A stretch of 63,150 bases of DNA, filler included, from Sphaeroforma arctica JP610 (Eukaryota): assembly GCF_001186125.1 (NCBI RefSeq). It is 6 parts of one record of this genome, joined end to end, with 100 filler letters (N's around TTAATTAATTAA, not from the genome) between each part and the next. Parts side by side here need not be neighbours in the genome. Positions count along the whole stretch, not along the records: positions 53,830 to 63,150 come from NW_014040544.1; 5 more parts are not named here. One strand, given 5' to 3'. This document shows positions 53,830-63,150 of the stretch, one piece after another. The stretch's first letter is position 1; every line of letters begins with the position of its first letter. The notes beneath the pieces are model-generated. The model had not been told where the DNA came from, did not search any database, and worked only from the letters and a program-made list of their open reading frames with translations. The position numbers and the translations under genes were made by a program.

Positions 53830-54945
53830 TTTAATAAATCCGTACGTGAGTTACTAGCCACTGACTGGAAATGTAATCCCAGGTGGTTTGAAATGGCTCA
53901 AAAGATATTTGGGCCACATAATATAGATATGTTTGCTGCACATCATAATGCACAACTATCGAATTACAGGACTTTAAATCATCCTTTGGGAGACGCCTTT
54001 CAAATAGACCTCTCCAAACTTAATGCGTGGGCTAATCCACCATGGCAGTTAATTGCCCAGCTATTAAATTATGTTAATATACATAAAGCTACCATCACGG
54101 TGTGTTGCCCATTACGGAGTAAAGATCCATGGCTCAATAAATTAATAAGCATGATACAATGCGAGCCAATATATTTAGATAGGGAAGTAGATACTTTCCT
54201 ATATCAGGGTACCCGCCTGAGCCGTCCAGAAGACGGCCTGGTGACACACTATAATATGTCGTATAGGTCCCATTGGAACAACCAAATGGACCCCTTCTGA
54301 GACCTTCCTTAAAAAGGTCAAAGAATTGGAGATTCCCCTCTCCACTAGAATGAACGTAAAACAGTTCAAAGACAACACAGCATTTGAAGTCTGTGCACAA
54401 GAGATACAATCTACTACTGACACTACAGGTAAGAAGCGTCAATCTCTAGCTCGTACTTTCTTTAATAATATAAAGTCCAAGCCCGAAGTCTTTCAGACAC
54501 TCTTTCTAAAGGGATTAATGAAAGATATTCCCGAATTATATACACATATAATGCAACTATTGAGCAAGTCAGGTGTATCAAACGCACAAGAGCGCACTAG
54601 TGACACTCACGCAAAAGAAGGACAGGAGTCTGGAAACACTACAGATTTAGAGAACACGCAAGTGGATTCTCAACGCCCTTCCTTTATTCTGGAAGAGCAG
54701 AATGATGATAACATTCTCGCTTGGCTGACGTAAAACCATAAACTCAAGCACCAGAATATAGTAGACGCACTTAAAGATGCTAAGCGAAATGGGATCGCGC
54801 ACCCTAAGTTGGCAACTTAAGTTGACAGAGTAAATCAGTCATGTACAGACCGTGAACTCAACCAGATTGAGCGCTATGGGTTCGCACCGCTTAAGAGTGT
54901 GACAGAAGATGTTCCATGGCGCAGGGTCATCAACAAATAATTGAA
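53830..54945 (+). mobile_element. Retroelement pol fragment: N6-adenine DNA methyltransferase-like (DIRS MT/Dam-like) domain, linker, then gypsy-type integrase HHCC zinc finger
   Basis: Open from the gap: DWKCNPRWF...FGPHNIDMFAAHHNAQL...DAF...WANPPWQLI (NPPW at 54034). After one frameshift and stops: NHKLKH-x30-SCTD(R)ELNQIERYGFAPLKSVTEDVPWRRV (54734-54930). Confidence 0.8.
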
Positions 54946-54959
54946 TATTGAGCAGGCCA

Positions 54960-55200
54960 CACGACACCCTGTACCATCATACGCAGTCAAAATGGCAAAA
55001 CCCAGACATAATGTCACGACTAAAAACTTTACTAAGAGTACATGTGATGCAAATGGTAAAGCATAATTCGAAAGGATATACTGTAAGACTATGTTTAAGT
55101 GGTCTAAAGCTAAGTGATCAGTAAGAAGTGTAAAACTTTGCCGGAAGTGAGAGTGTTTCATCTGGTGAAACACCAAGATGTACGCCACGGGCGCTGGTAG
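54960..55200 (-). mobile_element. Inverted gypsy-type RNase H fragment
   Basis: FRQSFTLLTDHLAL matches the gypsy RH F.L.TDH.AL motif; the surroundings are degenerate. Confidence 0.55.
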
Positions 55201-55482
55201 TGACTACTCCGGATGGCTGTCTGGTAAAGGCACAATTCGGAACTTGCAAAATCGTGCCACTAGCTCTGCGATTGCAAATGTCTTACAGCTCTAGACATCA
55301 ATACGCCTGTCCCTCTGGACACCAGTACGTGTGTCCCTATGGATACCAATACGTTTGTCCCCATCTGTTATAATGAACTTTCAGGTAGACATTCAATCGA
55401 AACAGTCAAGGATACACGGACCAAGTAGTATGTGGCCCTGGCGAACAAATTGGAAGTACGGGCAGAATTTCTGGCTTTTGAT

Positions 55483-56005
55483 TGAGCAACAGTGTACAAA
55501 GAACCTGGGCGCAGCGGTGATATGTCGTGGCCCGGAGACAAAACAGAAATGATTCTCTATAGGCTCTCTAGGCATACAAAATGTGAGCAGCATCAAAGCT
55601 AGCGAGCGATCAAAGGAAACGTACGAGCAAGTCGGTTTAATATGTATGATATTAGGAGAACTACCGAGGAATGGAGTCGATGTAGTACTAAACTATTTCA
55701 ATCATTGTCCAGATCTGGCACGTGTAGCGAGTTATTTATTAAGAATGCGTGTGAAACAGGGTTTTAGGGTTTAGTTTAGGGTTTGGGGTTTAGGGGTTAA
55801 AATGGTTAATGATGGAGCAACAGTATACAAGGAACCAGTTCAGTCGCAGTGGTGATATGCCGTGGCCTAGAGACAAAACAGAAAATATTCTCTTTAGACT
55901 CTAGGCATACACAATATGAGCAGCACCAAAGCCAATGAGCTATCAAAGAAATCGCGCCAGCAAGCGGGTTTAACATGTGTGATCTTGGATGAAGTACCAA
56001 GGAAT
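55483..56005. repeat. Imperfect direct duplication (~190 bp) separated by a telomere-like tract
   Basis: gagcaacagt.tacaa...gtgatatg.cgtggcc..gagacaaaacagaaa...tctaggcataca.aat.tgagcagca.caaagc occurs at 55483 and 55815. The tract agggttttagggtttagtttagggtttggggtttagggg is at 55758-55796. Confidence 0.8.
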
Positions 56006-56199
56006 GAGGAAAATGAAGTAATACAAGCCGTGAAGTCGTGAAGTCGTGAAGGTGAAAAAGGTAAATTAAATACTCTTGATGATCCCTGTTGTTGTCAAAA
56101 CCAATAACTAGCCCCTTATCAAGAATTACAGATTTGCCATCATCAGGCTGTCGATCTGGTTGACTGAACGGAGGATAAACTAGCTAAAGGTAATAGTCT

Positions 56200-57800
56200 C
56201 TATAAATCTAATTTCGGTTGAGCCATCTCGCTACCAAAGTGTTCAAATATATATCTTCCGGAGGGGTTTAATAGGTCCTTTTTAATAGGCCTACTAGGGC
56301 TGACTAGGACGCGTGCCCGCCCTCCTGACTTGGCGAGAATAAATTGTCGTGGACGCAGAAGGCGTGATTTTTGTTGATATGGCGAATATAACCCGCTGCT
56401 TCTTGCTTGTTGTATCCACCCATGGCGACCTTTTCGTCTACTTAGTGTACGCCGATGAGATGTCCCAGCTTGCTCGGTTAGGCTCACCTGGGCCCCGCAG
56501 GACGAGAATCCTACAGCGGATTCACTGAATCACCTGCCGTGAAGCGCCGGCTTCACGACAAGCCGCGATTTTTGTTATAGCGTCTTCAAATAGGGGTGGG
56601 AGTAATGTCTGTGGATCAACTGGTACTAGAGGAATTGCAGTCGGTTATGAGGATTGAGATTTCGACACATAGAGATTCGATACGTGTTTAATGCGCTACC
56701 TTCTCGAAAGGATTCGTGTTTCCTTTGGAAGGATTAGTATTCTCCTGATATTGATTACCACGTGGATTGTGTCCGCAATGGGTATATTCCCTTGTTGGCG
56801 ATTTGTATGATTGTATCGGATACCCCTTTGATGAGGACTAATTCATATTTCTTTTGTATGACAGCCCTGAATGTTTCAAAGTCTCGGCGTATGTCACGCA
56901 TAAATGGTAATTGTAAAAACTGCGACATTTATGTCTATAATTATTGTATATAACTTAATTCTGGAGCCTGCTATGATATTATCGCCCTAGATACCATCAT
57001 GATGAAAGGGTGAGAAAGGATGCAGTTTGCGGTTTCGAGATTAAAGTATTAAGATATGTAAATACTTGTATATTTTTTCTTAAAGGATATGAATATGTAT
57101 ATACTTTTCTTTTTTATGCTTCTACCTTTGTTTGCTTGGCGTTTTCGGTTCCATTTATTTATTTATTTACACACTTACGCGTCATAGAATTTACAGGGTT
57201 CTCTCTGTAAAGAGAATACCAGGACTCAAGTCCTAGTTAAGACGCTTTGCAATCTCATCAGCTTGGGGAAAAAGTCTATCTTTATCTTCCTGGTTCTTAT
57301 ATAGGCGTTGACGCTGTTTATTTTTGATATCTTTTTGTTTGGTAATCTGTATTTCCAAAATTCGATGGTGTGATGTTTTTCACCTCGTTGTCATGAAACT
57401 GTTTCTTGTAGTATGCAATTCTATTAGCGGCTTACATCTATATTTAAGAATATCTTGAACTCATGTTGTTCAAGGGGTGTAGTATCGTCATATGGGGCCT
57501 GGAGGACAATATTGCAATAGACATCGACGATTGTACGGATAGAAAAATTGAATCGCCCACTTGTGTAAACAATGGTCTGTATTCAGCTTCATTCGGTTAA
57601 TACAAGAACTGCACGACCATTACGCATATTGTTCGACTCTTCGTGTGTAAAGTTGGCTTTGAAATATCCAGCCTTCACGCTACCTAAATATTGTGATTAG
57701 CCAGGACTACCTCGGATAACAAAATCACCCGTCCGTGTGGTGAGTTGATTATTGAATAACAAGAAATCACCTTCATGTTTTATTCGATATTGTTAATACG
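56200..57800 (-). mobile_element. Very degenerate non-LTR (LINE-like) endonuclease/RT relic
   Basis: Weak motif remnants on the minus strand (VRDIRRDFE resembling LDIxKAFD, RQQGNIPI resembling RQGxP), with many stops. Confidence 0.3.
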
Positions 57801-58222
57801 ATCTCGAGCTATATATCTGTCGTCTATTGCCCGTTGTTATGAAAATGAATATCAAATGCCGCTCGAACTCATATCTATCAGTGATCCCTATCATATAGAC
57901 AGCATGTAAATATTGTCTTGAGAACCACATCGGAAAGGCTGCTTACAAACCTCATTTTACTTCCGGATATCTTGTTTTAGGTTTCGTCTACATAATATTG
58001 CGCTATATCCGAGTTGAGTATTACATAGACTTTTAAGCTTCGATCTTTGTTCTTGTTTATTTCTAACTTAGCAGTGCGTTATTCTAAGTACAGTGTTCCA
58101 CTTTTTAATGGATGTTCTCTTGGAAGTATTTCTATGCTTGTGACGGTAGAGCATTAAATTGATCTCACACATATCAAGCACACAATATATTCCTTCTCAT
58201 CTCAACATACCCCACAATCAAA

Positions 58223-58490
58223 TTAATGTGTACTCAATGAGCAGTTGGTTCGCATTAACTTCGTTAGATCATTTTTATCTAAATGTTCACACCATCAATT
58301 AGTTCTGCTGAACCTATACATTTCTATCATCCGTTCCAATACTGCCCTCACATGCATTAATGTGTACTCAATGAGCAGCTGGTTAGCATTAACTCCGTTA
58401 GATCATTTTCTTCAAATGTAACACCATCTATTGGTTTATACATTTCTATCATCCATTGGTTTATACATTTCTATCATCCGTTTCTATACT
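58223..58490. repeat. Tandem duplication, 2 x ~133 bp
   Basis: attaatgtgtactcaatgagcag.tggtt.gcattaact.cgttagatcatttt occurs at ~58223 and ~58356. Confidence 0.85.
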
Positions 58491-59128
58491 TGATTATGGC
58501 ATGTACATGATTATGGCAGGGACTGAGATCTTTTACTTTGTTTTATGATAACTCAACTGGATACGTATAAACAATCACTGACAGCCGGCACTATTTTATC
58601 ACATGTGCGATCTTTCACTACAAGAATCACACATATTAAGCCAGTGTCTGTTTAGACTGATCGCAAAATCTCATTCTTAACACTCATGAGCTGCCTTCTT
58701 CTCCTTATTCAAATACTATTCAAATGCATACGGCAATCCTACAGGTATATGAGCATGTTGTACACTTGATCTCTATGTCATTGTGAGATTATCAGCGTTA
58801 TCGACAAGATTAATATTCACACGATGCTTTTGAAAATTATTATTCAGAAGTAAACATGGATAGAGATAATATTATTTATTTTGATTTGTCAACATTTTTT
58901 GTATGTCTACACACGTATCAGGCTTCATATTCGTTCGAGAAGTTCGGGGGAAATTGAAGGGAAGTGAGAGACTACAGAAGTAGATGTATTTCTATATACG
59001 TAAACAACGTTTTACGACGTCAGCCCGAGAGTAATTTGGGACTCGGACCTGATAAGTTGTTAGCGTGCGATGTGGATTGCTATAATTGAAGTGCAAACGT
59101 ATATATAGAATGGTTTATTTATGATCTC

Positions 59129-59490
59129 ACCCTCAGTTATATACTGATGGTGTCTGTACTAGTGTTCAACCACTTGGGTTGGCCAGGGTAAAAACTCATA
59201 TGATCACATCAGAACACTTTATCACTCGAATATATATTATAGAAAAATAAATGTATCATATTCTCTGTTTCGTACACTCAATCTCGGACCTCGGCTCGCG
59301 GCTAGCCGGTGGTCCGTGTCCTATAAATAGAATATTCTGAGAAGAAGTCTCAAATTACTCTTACGTTCTCTCGGGATGATCCACCTATACATATAGTAAC
59401 TTGAGAACAAGTCCTATATTACTCTCGGGCTCACGACGTAAACCGTTATTAACGTATATAAAAATACGTCTACCTCTGTAGTCTCTCAGG
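59129..59490 (+). mobile_element. ~370-bp dispersed non-coding element (copy 2)
   Basis: Direct repeat of 51671-52043. It abuts and truncates the unknown-ORF fragment at ~59490. Confidence 0.85.
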
Positions 59491-60093
59491 AAGTCAAGAT
59501 TGTCGAACTGCCGTGAGAAGCTCGGGGCGGGTGATGTAACGATGGAAGACATACGGTGCATTAGTTCACGTCGATGGATACAGAATACCTCTACCATTGG
59601 GTTAGAATTAAAATCTGTGTGCCATTGCGTAGAATAAAGCTGACCCACACTCATAGTAGGTAACCTGTGTGGACAAAGTACCCTGGACGGAGGTTTAGGA
59701 CCGGACCAGAGGACCAGACCTAATGGAATTGTTTCAGGACCGGACCAGAGGACCGGACCATATAGGGATAATATTATTTATTTCAAAAATGGCAAGTATG
59801 TATGATACAATGTAGTGTGGTGTAGGATATGGTAGTGTGTGTTCGAGCGTATATGATTAAGATGAGATAATCTGGTTGGTGTTAAGGATGACTCCTCGGA
59901 CGTTATCATAATTTAGTAACTAAGTAACCAAAACCATAGATTTGGGTATTTTCACAATTACCCGTTGCTAGAGAAAATCTCGTCCTATAGAGGAACGTGA
60001 TTAATAAATACAGCAGACTCGCCGTTTAAAACGGCACTTCTGACTGAGTTCACTTATTTCAGACTTAACACTCTTTACTAAGCGTTTTAGGGT

Positions 60094-60555
60094 TTAGGGA
60101 AATATTTTGAACGTGATATCAAGTAGGATGAGGTTGTCGTCTGCAATTCTGTTTCGGAGCGGAGTTGGAGGCAGCTCGATACCACACCACACAACTGATG
60201 TATTTGATATGTCCTGGCTAGCCTTAGCGGGAAGTATCATAGGTGGTACCAGAAGTCTCGAAGATTTGGTCTGTACCGAAATTTGAAAATAATACTTGAG
60301 TAGAATGATGAATCTGGGTATATGGAACATCAATTTATCGACCAGTACTGGATGGGGATATATTGGTGCTCGCTGTTCATGAAGAATGAAGCTCTCGAGA
60401 TGTTCGTGGAGAGTCCATATGCCGTGGTAGTCATGCCGATTCTGTAGTTGTTGTAGTATATCCGGTCCAATTGGAGATGGATTAGGACCCACCAGAATAC
60501 GCCTTCTTAAGAAACTGATACAAGCAAAGTGGCTAGGCACACAGGATAGAGGCAT
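60094..60555 (-). pseudogene. Decayed ORF of the same unidentified repeat family (copy 2), truncated at a telomere-like tract
   Basis: Clear protein similarity to 49604-50290. Homology stops just before ttttagggtttaggg (60085-60099). Confidence 0.7.
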
Positions 60556-61679
60556 CCACCAGTGGGTTAGTCAAGCAACTCGAACAGAAACGTGTTGGTT
60601 GCTATTATACACGAAGGCGGATTGGGGTGTGTTCGCGGCAATGGGTAAAGCTATCATAAGAGAGCTTGACCCAGTCCGTGATGAGAAGTTCTCCTCTTTA
60701 TAAGTCGATAGAAGTATTGGCGGCGAGCCTTGCCTGTTTTCTCCCTAGTTGTGAACGTTAAGTCGTATTATGTCAGATTTGCTCGTGGAGCTTACGGTGT
60801 TCTTTGTGCTAAGGTGCGCACCCGCCTTTTGACTCCAGATAAGCTTAAATACTGAACGAGAATTTGTCCGGAGGTCATGGATAGAACAAAAAAAGAAGAT
60901 TTACTGAACTAATCAATCTAGTACGTGCTAGGTTGGCTCATTCATTCATTCACCTTACTTGCTACAGAACCGGCGAGGTCGCAAAGTCGAACCTTGTCTT
61001 AGATAGATTTTGTGATGGGATACACCGATCAACTTGGAGTAGGCCAGCATTATTGTCCAGCGCGGAAGATCCAATAAAATCCGCCCATGAGTGAATCGTG
61101 CGGACTGAAATCAAAGTACTCGCGACACATATTTTCAGTTTTGTTGTCAATAAGGGGAATACTACTGAACCAATAGATTGAGTACCGGTACGTGTAAATA
61201 CAATTCACATTGTTGTATTCACAGCGTGATAAGCGTGGCTGTAGCATACATGTGACGGAACGCAAGGTAGGCTCTACATGGCTGGATAAGTAGTTGTCTA
61301 GTTGTTATATAGCATTGTCTAGTTGTTATACAGCATACGTTGGTAAACTTGATAGTAAACTAGAATATGTTGTGCAGTACTGTAATTTGTCAGCGCGTGT
61401 AGAAGGTTGTACCGTTGATGGATTGTGTACAATTTCACAAACGCCAGCAACCCCTTGTTGCGTTCTCACGTACGACAACACTAATTGCCACGATTTTTCC
61501 ACTTTTCAGGTCAATCCGGACAAGGAGAAAATCTGATGGGGTACACATTTAACATAGAGGTCGACCATTTATCTGCACCGTAGAACAATATTGACTCAAT
61601 AGAGTTTTCACATAGTATATCGCTTTGATCCTTTAATAATAAATTGACGCGGCGATATTATGGAGGCTATACTACGCTA

Positions 61680-62300
61680 TCTCAATAAGAGGCCTGGCCC
61701 TGACGGGATCCACATCCTTCTCCTGAAGACCGCAGTGGAGCGCTCCACAGAACACTAAAAGCCCTGACGCCAATTGCCCACTAATTAAACTTCTTGCCGA
61801 AGCATTTACTGAGCTACTGAAGGCGGGTAACTTTCCTGCAGCCCTGAAATGCACTCTCCTAACAGCGTACCCTAAAAAGCCGATGTAAATATCACTCCCC
61901 CGCCCACTTGCAAGTAGTCAGATGCATCGTTGTTGCGAAGTGCTTCCTCAAGCTGACTACGAGCCACCCTGGCTCTGCTACCCATGCCACCCAAGCTGGC
62001 TTTAAATCACGATACTCCTGCCATACCCAAGCACTCGCCGCCATGGAACCTGAGACACAACCGGAAGAGGAGTGGAAGGACGTCTGTCTGGACATTACTA
62101 AGGCATACGACAAGGCTGTTCCCCCGACCTGTGGGTACTCTATCGCCACGCTGGAATACCTGAAAGCTGGATCAACTGCCTCCGCGCGCTATTTGAGAGG
62201 GTCCTGAATATGGCACCCACATATGCCAAGCCTAAAGTCTCCAAATACCTGGGGTTCTCACTCTCCCACGGAATCGAGAGATCAACTTCGCCAGACATAT
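61680..62300 (+). mobile_element. Decayed non-LTR retrotransposon reverse transcriptase fragment
   Basis: NKRPGPDGIHILLLK (resembling KAPGPDGI), PKK, QAGF, CLDITKAYD and KYLGF, interrupted by frameshifts. Confidence 0.8.
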
Positions 62301-62996
62301 GGAATCCCTGGTTGCGGCATTGTAGAAATACGGCCTCCGGTCAGTCTAAAATATCAAGATCAATTGAGATAATACATTGGTTTTTATTTGTATTTTAAAT
62401 AATTTAATACAAGCTCCTTTTCCAATATTTCCAAAGTGTTCTAAATTCATTTTGATGGCTCCAATAGCCTGAGTATTTGGTATGACTCATCTACTTGGAC
62501 CTATTTGAGACATTAGTAGATGTAGGATATTATAGACTAAATTTTATAATCTCCGAACTACTACTTATAGATTTTGGTCCTCCCGCCAATCTCCAAAATC
62601 CAATAAGTCTTTTTCTTTTTTTATAACTTTTCTTCAGATGGAACTTTATTTATATCAGCTAATGTATTAACGTGACTTACGTTATTATGTCTATCTACAA
62701 ATTAGGCATGTGGTCATGAACACATAGTACTTCTAGTGAAAATTATTCAATAAAGAACAGCTAGAGGTAGGCCCTGTGTGATCGAGGATATTTAGGCTCT
62801 TAACAAGAGGCAGTCCCGATCATTCTTACACAAGCTACCACTGCTAAATCCTAACTGACTAAATTGTATTTTAGTTTAATATAGCTTGAAACCTAGTAAT
62901 TTCCATCGGAGTTTACATATTTTTCAGTTATTTAGTAGTTACAGTAGTGTACTGCTTCTAGACTGTCTAACATCGATTTACTATCCAGCAAATACT

Positions 62997-63150
62997 ATGG
63001 CTAAGGGTACTTCTAAAGGCAAGGGAGCCGCTAGCTCTAAGCCTGCTAAGCCTGCCGAGGTTCCTGAGGTCCCTGTGGAAACACCTAGCCTGTCTGGAGT
63101 TGAGCATGCCGAGGAAACTGTTGGGGAAGCCAATTCTGAGCTTGGTACAG
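62997..63150 (+). CDS. 3'-truncated ORF (MAKGTSKGKGAASSKPAKPAEVPEV...), possibly a retroelement gag or a host gene start
   Basis: ATG at 62997, frame open to the window end, GC-richer than the flank. No diagnostic motif. Confidence 0.4.
   Translation, partial: MAKGTSKGKGAASSKPAKPAEVPEVPVETPSLSGVEHAEETVGEANSELGT

Noticed and set aside
53830..54300. MT domain as part of an ordinary DIRS element or a bacterial/phage Dam gene
   Set aside because: No tyrosine recombinase is visible and the RNase H ADxLSR motif does not directly precede it. It is followed by an integrase-type HHCC region and sits among eukaryotic retroelements. A DIRS origin of the domain itself remains likely.
51671..59490. The two 370-bp direct repeats as the LTR pair of the gypsy/MT element
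   Set aside because: Copy 1 lies between the gag zinc knuckle and the protease, inside the element. The interval also holds unrelated fragments, and there are no TG...CA ends.

Overview
This is intron-rich eukaryotic DNA, with GT-AG introns, (TA)n/(TG)n microsatellites and scaffold gaps carrying an artificial TTAATTAATTAA linker. Its style suggests a unicellular holozoan such as an ichthyosporean, but that is inference only. Bases 1-47 kb are genic: the 3' part of a spliced type I membrane protein with bacterial-style SdrD-B/Cna-B-like repeats, a nested pair of non-autonomous DNA transposons, a disordered phospho-motif-rich ORF, exon 1 of 6-phosphofructokinase, a KIAA1143/DUF4604 homologue, ATP synthase subunit g, an RNase H1 with a very long linker, a DUF4807 gene, a small membrane protein, and a ~15 kb gene for a giant secreted protein with about 38-40 six-cysteine repeats plus myxobacterial-type Cys repeats. 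Bases 48-63 kb are a retroelement graveyard (copia, gypsy and LINE relics plus dispersed repeats). The top finding is a decayed Ty3/gypsy-type pol in which a DIRS-like N6-adenine DNA methyltransferase domain (IDMFA...NPPW) sits upstream of an integrase HHCC zinc finger on the same contig. All exon boundaries were inferred by eye from splice signals and reading phase.
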